The notes under the pieces are model-generated. The model was not told the origin of the DNA and made no database searches. It saw nothing but the letters and a program-made list of their open reading frames with translations. A program made the translations under genes and the position numbers. Below are positions 29,956 to 38,581 of a DNA stretch of 64,000 nucleotides, piece after piece. Source of the stretch: an uncultured Eubacteriales bacterium (GTDB lineage: Bacteria > Bacillota > Clostridia > Christensenellales > CAG-138); contig UQWD01000003.1 of the NCBI GenBank assembly GCA_900544555.1, positions 66,519-130,518 of the forward strand, given 5' to 3'. Position 1 is the stretch's first letter. The number at the start of each line of letters is the position of its first letter.

Positions 29956-30132
29956 TTAAATGTCGCCGCGGAGAAGGTTTTCCGCATAGTCCCGCATGTC
30001 CGAAAACGTGTTGACGTTATCCGCGCGTGAAGAGATCTGATCCCTAACATAATCCGGCAGCGCGTCGAAATATCCGCGCGCGTCCGCATCCTTTTCCATT
30101 AGCTCATACATACTGCGGTATGGGTTATCCAT
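29956..30132 (-). CDS. 58-aa hypothetical protein (below track cut-off)
   Basis: GGAGGTG SD. It encodes MDNPYRSMYELMEKDADARGYFDALPDYVRDQISSRADNVNTFSDMRDYAENLLRGDI. It lies downstream of and co-oriented with the 30194-30613 gene. Confidence 0.6.
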   Translation of the reverse strand: MDNPYRSMYELMEKDADARGYFDALPDYVRDQISSRADNVNTFSDMRDYAENLLRGDI

Positions 30133-30193
30133 TCATATCCACCTCCATAAGGAATAGTATCCGCATTGCCCGCCGCGTTATGCGCTTTACTCG

Positions 30194-30613
30194 TTAACGC
30201 CCGAACAGCCGCGCCAACGGCTCCGCAACGGAGGAAAAATCGCTGATGGCTTTGTTGAGGGTTTCAATATCAATCGATTCTATGGCCTCTAGTGCGCTTT
30301 TTATGGTGCTGGCGGCCGAGGATATGGCCTCCTGCCCGTCTTTAATCAGCGAGCTTGTCGAATCCATTAAAGTAGGCAGGTTCGCTTCCTCAAGCTGCCC
30401 GGCAACGGAGTTGAGGCGCGTTACCGCCATTTCGGTCTGCGTGAGGATACGCTGCATGCTGGGGGCGAGCTTAAACACGAAAACGCCGACTATCACCAGC
30501 AGGGCGAAGCAGAAAATCGTTCTCAGGCGTGACAGCCTGAGCTGGGTTCGTTCATATTTATTCAGCGTTGATGCGGTCTGTGAACCGGGGCGCGTCGGGC
30601 GGGATCCGGGCAT
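30194..30613 (-). CDS. Membrane-anchored coiled-coil protein, unknown function
   Basis: AGGAGG SD. One TM helix (IFCFALLVIVGVFVF) followed by a helical S/A/L/E-rich domain. Confidence 0.6.
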   Translation of the reverse strand: MPGSRPTRPGSQTASTLNKYERTQLRLSRLRTIFCFALLVIVGVFVFKLAPSMQRILTQTEMAVTRLNSVAGQLEEANLPTLMDSTSSLIKDGQEAISSAASTIKSALEAIESIDIETLNKAISDFSSVAEPLARLFGR

Positions 30614-30789
30614 GGCTTACCTCCTGTAATAACAAACTAGCTTATTGTTAGCGTATTTACATATTTACCGTTTATGCCGCTTATAAGGCATTATGTTTAT
30701 ATTTTTACCGCTGGGGGGCGAATAATACAGCCTGATGCGTATAAATTGTTTTTTCAGGTTATATAATAGCGGGAAAGGGGGATTATTCT

Positions 30790-31011
30790 ATGGATAATTG
30801 GGAGCGCCTCGCCAAACGCTTGATTTTCGCGCTTGAAAGCAGCCGTATACGGGAATACGCGAACATGCTGGGGAGTACCAGGCGGATAATCTGGGTGAGC
30901 TTCGTATCAGGGATTTTTCGCGGGCTCGGCGGCGCTATTGGCTTTAGCGCGCTTGGAGCGATAGCGCTTTTCATATTGAGCCGCATATTCGGTATTGAGT
31001 TTGGGGGATAG
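30790..31011 (+). CDS. DUF5665-like small membrane protein
   Basis: RIREYANMLGSTRRIIWVSFVSGIFRGLGGAIGFSALGAIALFIL match the family. AAGGGGG SD. Confidence 0.6.
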   Translation: MDNWERLAKRLIFALESSRIREYANMLGSTRRIIWVSFVSGIFRGLGGAIGFSALGAIALFILSRIFGIEFGG

Positions 31012-31499
31012 CCGTCCCGCGGCGGCTTTTCATGTATTGCTCTTATATGTAGAGACTCTTCAAGGTAACGGATGGATATATAAAACACCTTAATTCAACA
31101 GTTAAGGAACGCAGGCTAAGCATTGTATTTTACGCGAGCATTGCATGAACAAGTTAATATAAACCAAAGCCATAGATCAAAAGTATGCTGTTTGTCATAT
31201 GATATATTTTTATATAAGTAATAGGAATTCACGAGCAGACTTAATTGGTTAAAACGCAACACTTCAAAGGTTCAATAGGAGTAGCGAGTCCCCGTATCCT
31301 GAAGCAAGAATTATTTTGCGGTTTCCAATCGGTATTTTTTCAAGGTTTAGCATATCGAATTGCCAAGCTGACCGCCGAGCATTAAAGCTTAATCAAAGGT
31401 ATGTTTTCTTCAAAAACGAGTTAAAGGAATCCGGGCAAATCCGCAAGAGCGTTTATTTTGCTGCAGGAAAAGCGGGAACAACAGCCATGCAGGGCGCTA

Positions 31500-31546
31500 A
31501 ACAAAGCGGCGGGATAGATAACAGCTATCCCGCCGCTTTGTTTTCT
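31500..31546. terminator. 18-bp perfect hairpin overlapping the stop codon of the CPBP gene
   Basis: AACAAAGCGGCGGGATAG / CTATCCCGCCGCTTTGTT with a 7-nt loop and T-rich flanks. Confidence 0.7.
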
Positions 31547-32337
31547 TCCATGCTCATTTTATTGTGTGTCACAACGGTTATGATAGAAATAAGAATAATG
31601 ACGGCGTTAGCGATGAGGGTTCCCGCCCAAGTCGTTGTCATGGTGCTAAAGATAGGAGAAGCCGCATTGAACATGGTGTGAAATAGCACGCACATAAATA
31701 CACTGCTTTTTCCTGATATTTTGCAGATTGCGCCGAAGAAAAACCGAAAAGCCATGCATTGAACGGCAAACATCCACAAATTAACTAGTCCTTCTCCATG
31801 ATCTGTCCCTGGTATGAAGAAAAGGGGGATATGCCATAAAACCCAAATCAATCCAGTTATAGTAGAGGATAAAATAAAACCATACTTTCTGTTCAGTTCA
31901 GGCTGCAATATATATGCCCATCCAGCTTCCTCCAAGCCACCGATAAAAAGATTTCCCGGCAGAGAAAGAAAAAGCGTATAAAATGGAAGCGCAATTTCTG
32001 TACGTCCTGATGCTACTGCGTGAAAAGAAAAATACAATGCAAGCCCTAAAATAATGAACAAATAAGGATATATGTTATTTTTAGCATAGAAAACAGCCCT
32101 CAACCATACCTTCAAATTTGCTACTGTATTACTTTTCTTCAGAACAATATATGATGCAATAGCTGGCGACAAAATATAGATTGCGAAAGGAATATTCATT
32201 GCAAATTGCTTTAGTGTGTCAACCCAATTATACACTCTGTACCCGATTTGTCCGAGGACAATCAGAACACCTGATACAGCATAGGCTATGCAAAATGTCA
32301 GCACGACAAACTGCAATGTGATTTTTTTGCCTGTCAT
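31525..32337 (-). CDS. CPBP-family intramembrane glutamic endopeptidase (CAAX protease/Abi-like)
   Basis: Multi-TM protein with GGLEEAGWAY (EE motif) and FHTMFN (H motif). Confidence 0.75.
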   Translation of the reverse strand: MTGKKITLQFVVLTFCIAYAVSGVLIVLGQIGYRVYNWVDTLKQFAMNIPFAIYILSPAIASYIVLKKSNTVANLKVWLRAVFYAKNNIYPYLFIILGLALYFSFHAVASGRTEIALPFYTLFLSLPGNLFIGGLEEAGWAYILQPELNRKYGFILSSTITGLIWVLWHIPLFFIPGTDHGEGLVNLWMFAVQCMAFRFFFGAICKISGKSSVFMCVLFHTMFNAASPIFSTMTTTWAGTLIANAVIILISIITVVTHNKMSMEENKAAG

Positions 32338-32418
32338 GACTTGTTCTCCCAGATCTACACTTTATCAAACAATTATATATAAAACAATAATTATATTGCT
32401 TTTACTCATTCAAACTTC

Positions 32419-32628
32419 TCCGCCGAAAGCGGGGAACAGGATAAGAAAATCTGATCCCCGCTTACGTCTGCTACATTATACAGCAGCAAAATCATCTTCA
32501 CCGGAGCGTTGGTTTCGTTTGCCTTTAGCGGTGGCTCTGAACCCACGGACCCGAACTCTACCAAAGAACAAAGCGTGACAACGACAGGCAGACCGTACGG
32601 GAAAGCCTTGCGCATGCCGATTCTTTGC
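32419..32628. repeat. Unclassified conserved structured noncoding element, copy 1 of 2
   Basis: Blockwise homology to 56149-56370: CGCCG..GAAA..CGGGGAACAGGATAA.AAAATC, TTGGTTT, CCAAAGAACA, AAAGCGTGACAA, GCAGAC and GCATG. One stem shows compensatory changes between copies. No conserved ORF is present. Confidence 0.5.
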
Positions 32629-32696
32629 ATCATCGTCTTTAAAAGCTTAATCCCGCCCTTATAAAGCGCTTCGTTAAAGCGACGGCACGCAGGCAA

Positions 32697-34538
32697 TCAG
32701 GCGATCGCCTCTTCAAACTGGGAGTTGTACAGCTGCGCATAGAACCCGTTCCGCTCAAGCAGCTCCTCATGGCTCCCCTGCTCGACAATATCCCCCTCCT
32801 TCATAACTAGGATTAAATCCGCGTCTTTTATAGTTGAGAGACGGTGCGCTATCACAAAGCTGGTGCGCCCCTTCATCAGGTTCGCCATCGCCTTTTGGAT
32901 GCGCGACTCCGTGCGCGTATCCACGGAGCTTGTCGCCTCGTCCAGTATCAATATCCGATTGTCCGCCAGTATCGCACGCGCTATGGTCAAAAGCTGCTTT
33001 TGGCCCTGCGAGATGTTTGTCGCGTCCTCGTTAAGCTCCATCTCATAGCCCCCGGGGAGCGTTTGAATGAAATGGTGTACATAGGCTGCTTTGGCTGCAG
33101 CGATAACCTCCTCGTCCGTGGCGTCGAGCCTGCCGTAGCGGATGTTCTCCATAATCGTGCCGTTGAAGAGCCATGTATCCTGAAGCACCATGCCGAACAC
33201 CTCCCTCAGCTCGCTGCGGTTGAAATCCCGTATGTCATGCCCGTCAACAAGTATGCTTCCGCCGTTCACGTCGTAAAAGCGCATGAGGAGCTTAACCATG
33301 GTGGTTTTGCCCGCGCCGGTCGGCCCGACGATAGCCACCATCTGTCCGGGATTGACCTTTGCGCTGAAATCGTTAATGATGATTTTATCCGGCCGGTAGC
33401 CAAAGCGCACATTTTCAAAATCGACCCGCCCCATTATGGATTGAGGGGACACGGGGTTATGCACGGTTGAATCCTCCTCTTTTTCGGAAAGGAACTCAAA
33501 TACGCGCTCGGAAGCGGCCGCCATAGACTGGAGCATGTTTGAAACCTGCGCTATTTGCGTGATGGGCTGCGTAAAGTTGCGCACATACTGGATAAACGCC
33601 TGGATGTCGCCGACGGTGATGGCCCCCTGTATAGCGAGGATACTGCCGGCTACGGCTACCGCGATGTACCCAAGGTTCCCCACAAACGCCATGATTGGCT
33701 GCATAAGGCCGGATAGAAACTGCGATTTCCAGGCGGAGCGATACAGTTCTTTATTGGCGCCGTCAAATTCCTCGATTACCTTCCCCTCGCGGTTAAACGC
33801 CTTTACTACGCGGTGGCCGCTGTACACCTCCTCAACCTGCCCGTTAATCTGACCAAGGTACGATTGCTGGGAAACAAAGTATTTTTGCGAACGCTTAACC
33901 ACAAGCATGATAAGCGACCCGGCGATGGGGAGGATGACCACCGCGATTAACGTCATAAGCGGGCTGATGGTCAGCATCATCACCAATACGCCCAGCATCA
34001 TGGTAACGGACGTGATAAGCTGGGTAACGCTTTGGTTCAGGCTTTGGCCAAGCGTATCCACGTCGTTTGTTATGCGGGAAAGGACCTCTCCGACCGTCCT
34101 CGATTCAAAATAATCCAGCGGAAGCCGGTTGATCTTCTCCGATATTTCACGCCGCATGCGATAGCATACCTTCTGCGTAATCGAGCTCATCATCCACCCT
34201 TGAATCAGGGAGAAACAGGAGCTGAGCACGTACAGGCCGAGTAAAGCGAGCAAGAGCGAGCCGATCTTATCAAATGGGATTCCGCCCGTTCCGCTGATCT
34301 TCGCCACAAGCCCGTTAAACAGCTCGGTAATTGCGGAGCTTAGGACTTTAGGGCCTACAATGCTAAAAACGGTACTCAAAACGGCGAACACGAGTACGAA
34401 GATCAACGCGCTTTTATGCCTGCCCATATAGGAAAGAAGGCTCCGTACAGTACCCTTGAAGTCGCGGGCCTTCTCGCCCGGCGCCATGCCGCCGCCCATA
34501 TGCCCGCGCGGGCCGGCGTGTTTTTGCGTTGCACTCAT
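32697..34538 (-). CDS. ABC exporter permease/ATPase fusion (heterodimer subunit)
   Basis: GPTGAGKTT, ISQGQKQ and ILILDEATS motifs. 4-nt overlap with the upstream ABC gene. Confidence 0.85.
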   Translation of the reverse strand: MSATQKHAGPRGHMGGGMAPGEKARDFKGTVRSLLSYMGRHKSALIFVLVFAVLSTVFSIVGPKVLSSAITELFNGLVAKISGTGGIPFDKIGSLLLALLGLYVLSSCFSLIQGWMMSSITQKVCYRMRREISEKINRLPLDYFESRTVGEVLSRITNDVDTLGQSLNQSVTQLITSVTMMLGVLVMMLTISPLMTLIAVVILPIAGSLIMLVVKRSQKYFVSQQSYLGQINGQVEEVYSGHRVVKAFNREGKVIEEFDGANKELYRSAWKSQFLSGLMQPIMAFVGNLGYIAVAVAGSILAIQGAITVGDIQAFIQYVRNFTQPITQIAQVSNMLQSMAAASERVFEFLSEKEEDSTVHNPVSPQSIMGRVDFENVRFGYRPDKIIINDFSAKVNPGQMVAIVGPTGAGKTTMVKLLMRFYDVNGGSILVDGHDIRDFNRSELREVFGMVLQDTWLFNGTIMENIRYGRLDATDEEVIAAAKAAYVHHFIQTLPGGYEMELNEDATNISQGQKQLLTIARAILADNRILILDEATSSVDTRTESRIQKAMANLMKGRTSFVIAHRLSTIKDADLILVMKEGDIVEQGSHEELLERNGFYAQLYNSQFEEAIA

Positions 34539-36688
34539 AGTTTAAGCCCTCCTTCCAGCTCGTTCGCTGACAGCTGCGACCCGGCGATTTCCCGGTAGGT
34601 CTGGCAGCTTTGCATCAGGGAAGCATGACAGCCGACGCCCGCTATCCTTCCCTCGTCCAGCACGACGATTTGCTCCGCGTGCAAAATCGTGCTTATCCTC
34701 TGCGCCACGATGATGACGGTTGCGCCGGCGGTCTTTGTTTTCAAAGCCCTTCTGAGCGCAACGTCGGTTTTATAGTCCAGCGCGGAAAAGCTGTCGTCAA
34801 ACAGGAATACCTTCGGGCCTTTCGCAACGGCCCGCGCGATGGACAGCCTCTGCTTCTGGCCGCCCGAAACATTTGAACCGCCCTGCGCGATGGGGCTTAA
34901 GTAGCCATCCGGCTTATCGTTGATGAAATCCTCCGCCTGAGCGATTTGGGCGGCCTCGCGCATCGCTTCATCCGAAATTCCATTGCCGCCAAATTTGAGA
35001 TTCGATTCAATATCGCCTGAGAACAACACGCCCTTTTGCGGAACGTAGCCGAGCAGGCTCCTGAGCTTTTTCTGGGAAATATCGCGTATATCCACGCCGT
35101 CCAGCGTTATTCTGCCCTCGGTTACATCAAAGAACCTGGGGATCAGATGGATGAGCGTTGATTTACCGGAACCGGTGCTCCCGATAATAGCGGTGGTTTG
35201 CCCAGGCTGCGCGGTAAAGCTTATGTGCTCGAGGACATTCTCCTCAGCGTCGGGATATCGGAAGGATACATCCTCAAATGCGACAACGCCGTTCCACTGA
35301 GCTATGCTATCATCCTTTACTTCGCGCGCGTCCCTTATGCTCGGTTCCGTGCCCGTAACCTCGTCTATCCGCGCGGCGGCTACGCCCGCCCTCGGCAGCA
35401 GGACCGAAATCATGGTAAGCATCAGAAAAGACATAACTATCTGCATCGTATAGGTAATAAAGGCCATCATATCGCCCACCTGAAGGTTACCAAGCTCAAT
35501 GCCGTGCGTACCCGACCAGACGATAAGTACCGTGATACCGTTCATCACCAGCATCATTGCCGGCATCATGAAGGACATTACGCGAGAGGTGAACAGCTGC
35601 GTTTTAGCGAGGTTTTCATTTGCGCCCGCAAACCTCTTTTCCTCGTGCTTTTCACGGCTAAAGGCGCGTATTACCGGAATTCCCGTAAGAATTTCCCTTG
35701 ATATCAGGTTCAACCGGTCGACGAGCTGCTGCATCTGCTTAAACTTCGGCATGGCAAGCTTAACCAATACCCCAACGAGCAGCATAATTACGCCGACCGC
35801 CACGCCGATTATCCATCCCATACCCGTGTTGGTGCCGGATACCATGATGATGCCGCCGGCGCCCAGAATCGGGGCGTATATCACCATGCGAAGCAGCATA
35901 ACGGTAACCATCTGCACCTGCTGGATGTCGTTCGTGCTCCTTGTGATAAGAGACGCGGTTGAGAACTTATCGATTTCCGCGCTTGAAAAGGAAACGACCT
36001 TTTTAAATAAGTTCGCCCTCAGCGACATACCGATTTTAGCGGCAGTTCGTGAAGCGAGCAGGCCGACGAGTATCGCCGAAAGCGCCATGAGTACGGTAAG
36101 CCCCATCATTTTAGCGCCGGTTGAAAGCAGATAATCGGTTTGAATACCGCCCAAGTCCAGGCCAAGCTGCTCATACTCTTCCTTAACAAAAAGCATCGCC
36201 TTTTGCGTAACCAGCGTGCCGCTCTCGCCGCCCAATTTCTCAACTACGCTATTACGCGCCTCAAGCAGCTGCGCCTTGGTAACGGCTCCCGCGTCAAGCA
36301 TGGCCTTTATTCCGTCAATCGTGATTTCGCCGCTGTTTTTTAAAGTTGATAGCATAACGATGGCGGGGCCAAGTATGCCGTCAAGATTATCAACCGCTTC
36401 ACCGCTCAATTCCTCAAGCTGATAATTCCCCGTATCATCCTTGATATATGAGCCGGATACGATTGAGGTTTCTTCATCGGTCATGAAAAGTTTAAGGTTT
36501 TCAAGCGTTGTTGCGCGTATCCGTTCGGGCGCTACATGCTCGATTCCGCCCTGTTGTATGCCGATATCCACAATATCGGACGTATATTTGGGCAGGGACA
36601 GGTCGCAAAACGCCTGTACGATTAACAAAAGTATGATTACGGTCACCTCAACCGCGTACCCTTTAAAATAACGAAATATTCTCAGCAT
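34535..36688 (-). CDS. ABC exporter permease/ATPase fusion with enlarged first extracytoplasmic loop
   Basis: GSTGSGKST, VSGGQKQR and VFLFDDS motifs. About 140 aa lie between TM1 (VTVIILLLIVQAF) and TM2 (MMGLTVLMALSAILVGLL). ATG 36688 overlaps the end of the marR gene. Confidence 0.8.
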   Translation of the reverse strand: MLRIFRYFKGYAVEVTVIILLLIVQAFCDLSLPKYTSDIVDIGIQQGGIEHVAPERIRATTLENLKLFMTDEETSIVSGSYIKDDTGNYQLEELSGEAVDNLDGILGPAIVMLSTLKNSGEITIDGIKAMLDAGAVTKAQLLEARNSVVEKLGGESGTLVTQKAMLFVKEEYEQLGLDLGGIQTDYLLSTGAKMMGLTVLMALSAILVGLLASRTAAKIGMSLRANLFKKVVSFSSAEIDKFSTASLITRSTNDIQQVQMVTVMLLRMVIYAPILGAGGIIMVSGTNTGMGWIIGVAVGVIMLLVGVLVKLAMPKFKQMQQLVDRLNLISREILTGIPVIRAFSREKHEEKRFAGANENLAKTQLFTSRVMSFMMPAMMLVMNGITVLIVWSGTHGIELGNLQVGDMMAFITYTMQIVMSFLMLTMISVLLPRAGVAAARIDEVTGTEPSIRDAREVKDDSIAQWNGVVAFEDVSFRYPDAEENVLEHISFTAQPGQTTAIIGSTGSGKSTLIHLIPRFFDVTEGRITLDGVDIRDISQKKLRSLLGYVPQKGVLFSGDIESNLKFGGNGISDEAMREAAQIAQAEDFINDKPDGYLSPIAQGGSNVSGGQKQRLSIARAVAKGPKVFLFDDSFSALDYKTDVALRRALKTKTAGATVIIVAQRISTILHAEQIVVLDEGRIAGVGCHASLMQSCQTYREIAGSQLSANELEGGLKL

Positions 36689-37146
36689 TTCATTGCTCCC
36701 GCCATTATTTTTATCTGTGTTTCCATAATATCGGTCAGCGCGTTCCACAGCGCGACAAAGGCTTTCATTTTTTCACTGCCCATCTGCGTAATAACGCCCT
36801 CAAGAAAGGTTTCTATAACTTGTTCCTGTTCCTTTCGGGTTATATCGCCTTTTTCAGTAAGCGAAATGAGCGTATTGCGGCGATCCAAAGCGTAATCGCC
36901 GCGCACAATCAATCCCCGCGTATGCATCGCGCGCAGCATGCGCGATACCGCCGGGGGAGAAACGCCAAGCCTATCCGCGATTGCGGATACGTTCATACCC
37001 TCGCGATATTCCCGCATGTGCCCATACAGTAGCTCTAGCAGGAAAAATTCGCTTTTTGATACCCGATTGAACAGAACAGGCATGTTCAGCCGTCCAAAGC
37101 GGTTCATCGCCAGCATATATTGTTCCAGCAATTCAGTATGTTGCAT
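36682..37146 (-). CDS. MarR-family transcriptional regulator
   Basis: Winged HTH: NVSAIADRLGVSPPAVSRMLRAMHTRGLIVR...DRRNTLISLTEKG. Confidence 0.85.
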   Translation of the reverse strand: MQHTELLEQYMLAMNRFGRLNMPVLFNRVSKSEFFLLELLYGHMREYREGMNVSAIADRLGVSPPAVSRMLRAMHTRGLIVRGDYALDRRNTLISLTEKGDITRKEQEQVIETFLEGVITQMGSEKMKAFVALWNALTDIMETQIKIMAGAMKC

Positions 37147-37398
37147 CCGTTACATTCCTCCGAACTATTCATTAACATAGTTATCGATTAACGAATGTCC
37201 TTTATGCTAGCACGCTTGCCGGACATTGTCAATTAATCATCGCAGAGTTTAAAGCGATGCCGTAGCACTGAAATGTACATTATTATAACAACATAATAAC
37301 ATAGATATATTGCACAGCCTCATGTATAATTATTGAGTTACATTTAATATGTCGTTTATTAGCAAAAGGAAAGGACAATTCAGATTTGGAGGCTAAAA

Positions 37399-37740
37399 AT
37401 GGAGAATTATGTGGAAACCGTCCTCATGAATATTGAATTTAAACCGTGCAGAAAAGGTTACGGCCAATTCGTCTGCGCCATTATGCTCATCATTCAATAT
37501 CCGCATTTGCGCAAGGTAACGGCTGAAATCTATCCTATGGTAGCGAAAATGATGAACATTACCGCGTGCAGTGTCGAGCGTAATATACGAGACTTAATCA
37601 ACGACGTTTGGAAGCACGGCGACGCGAAAATGTTTAAACAGATTTTCGGTAACTATGACGAGAATTACCCGCCGTACGGCAAAGATTTTCTTTTTACCAT
37701 TGCCAGAAGGCTGGAAATTGAATGGCGGGGTAAAAATTGA
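37399..37740 (+). CDS. Stand-alone Spo0A C-terminal (DNA-binding) domain protein lacking a receiver domain
   Basis: KGYGQFVCAI..IYPMVAKMMNITACSVERNIRDLINDVWKHGD..FGNY...GKDFLFTIARRLE aligns by eye with B. subtilis Spo0A [64 protein letters not shown] SD. Confidence 0.8.
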   Translation: MENYVETVLMNIEFKPCRKGYGQFVCAIMLIIQYPHLRKVTAEIYPMVAKMMNITACSVERNIRDLINDVWKHGDAKMFKQIFGNYDENYPPYGKDFLFTIARRLEIEWRGKN

Positions 37741-38020
37741 CCCCATAAGTTCGGGCGAAGCCGGGACGGGATAGAATAAATTAATACTAACCACTGAAAC
37801 CATGGGTTTTGACGGTAGGCAATCATTTTTTAGTTATGATGTCTAACCCTTATCCGGTATGCGAAGCGTTTATCGTACAATATTAATTCTATAATAGGTA
37901 GCGGACTTGCTCATGACAGCGCCGTATTTCTATGTAATAAGCTTAGCTTCAAATAAACAGTATAATACCCGGGCGTTGCGAGAGCCCAGCATATATATGA
38001 TTACCGTTTTATGTAAAGTC

Positions 38021-38049
38021 TTGACAAGCCTGCGCCGTGATGCTAAAAT
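38021..38049 (+). promoter_or_regulatory. Sigma-A-type promoter of tRNA-Pro
   Basis: TTGACA (38021-38026), 17-nt spacer, TAAAAT (38044-38049). Confidence 0.6.
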
Positions 38050-38067
38050 AAGCAAGGTTTACATCGC

Positions 38068-38144
38068 CTGGGTGTGGCGCAGTTTGGTAGCGTGCTTGAA
38101 TGGGGTTCAAGAGGCCGGAAGTTCGAATCTTCTCACCCAGACCA
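38068..38144 (+). tRNA. tRNA-Pro (GGG)
   Basis: Acceptor CTGGGTG/CACCCAG, anticodon arm CTTGA-ATGGGGT-TCAAG, T-arm GGAAGTTCGAATCTTCT, and an encoded CCA. Confidence 0.85.
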
Positions 38145-38148
38145 GGGA

Positions 38149-38185
38149 AAGCCCTGAAACTCTAGGTTTCAGGGCTTTTTATTTT
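38149..38185 (+). terminator. Terminator after tRNA-Pro
   Basis: AAGCCCTGAAAC / GTTTCAGGGCTT stem followed by a T-run. Confidence 0.75.
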
Positions 38186-38480
38186 CTTCATTTGTATAGT
38201 GCGAAAATGTACGATAAAGCGTTACTAATAACGGTTTTTGTTGATTTTCGGAAAAACTTCATTTAAAAAAAGTATAGGTAAATGCGAAGGTTTTTGCTCA
38301 AAAAATTGGATGATCGTTATTTAAAACTATTATAAAGAACTATTGGCCTTTTATGTGTTTGAATTGTTTCAAAGCGTCAAAAGAGTTATGCTTATACGTT
38401 TTGAATTGTTTTAAAAGTGTAATATATCGGCAACAAACCGACAACAATAATGCCGAAACGGAATACAGGAGGTTTATTCA

Positions 38481-38530
38481 TGGTGTTCAATAGGCCGGAA
38501 GTTCGAATTTACTCATCCAAACCAGGGAAA
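38481..38530 (+). repeat. Degenerate direct duplicate of the 3' half of tRNA-Pro (att-like scar)
   Basis: The 50 nt at 38481-38530 align with 38101-38150 with 6 mismatches by eye. The match includes GGCCGGAAGTTCGAAT and ACCAGGGAAA. Confidence 0.7.
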
Positions 38531-38581
38531 TTTAATACGATATACGTTTCGTAAAGCTGGTTATTTTTTTTAGGAATACCC

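Noticed and set aside
31089-31499. Track ORF 31316..31681 (+) and the ~400-nt gap after the DUF5665 gene
   Set aside because: The ORF runs antisense into the CPBP gene and through its terminator hairpin. No SD is present, and the minus strand holds only short ORF fragments.
32419-32628. Possible cobalamin or TPP riboswitch, or group II intron domain, suggested by GGGAACAGGATAA..ATCC and CCACTGG-like strings
   Set aside because: The B12 box (GCCACTG) occurs in only one copy, and there are no GGTG..AATCC core, no GUGYG 5' end and no domain V consensus. Resemblance is limited to short strings. I cannot run a covariance-model search, so this remains formally open.
32406-32696. 96-aa minus-strand ORF directly after the ABC transporter stop
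   Set aside because: It has a TTG start and no SD. It covers conserved element copy 1, and the homologous copy 2 has no equivalent ORF. Conservation between copies is blockwise with indels, not codon-like.
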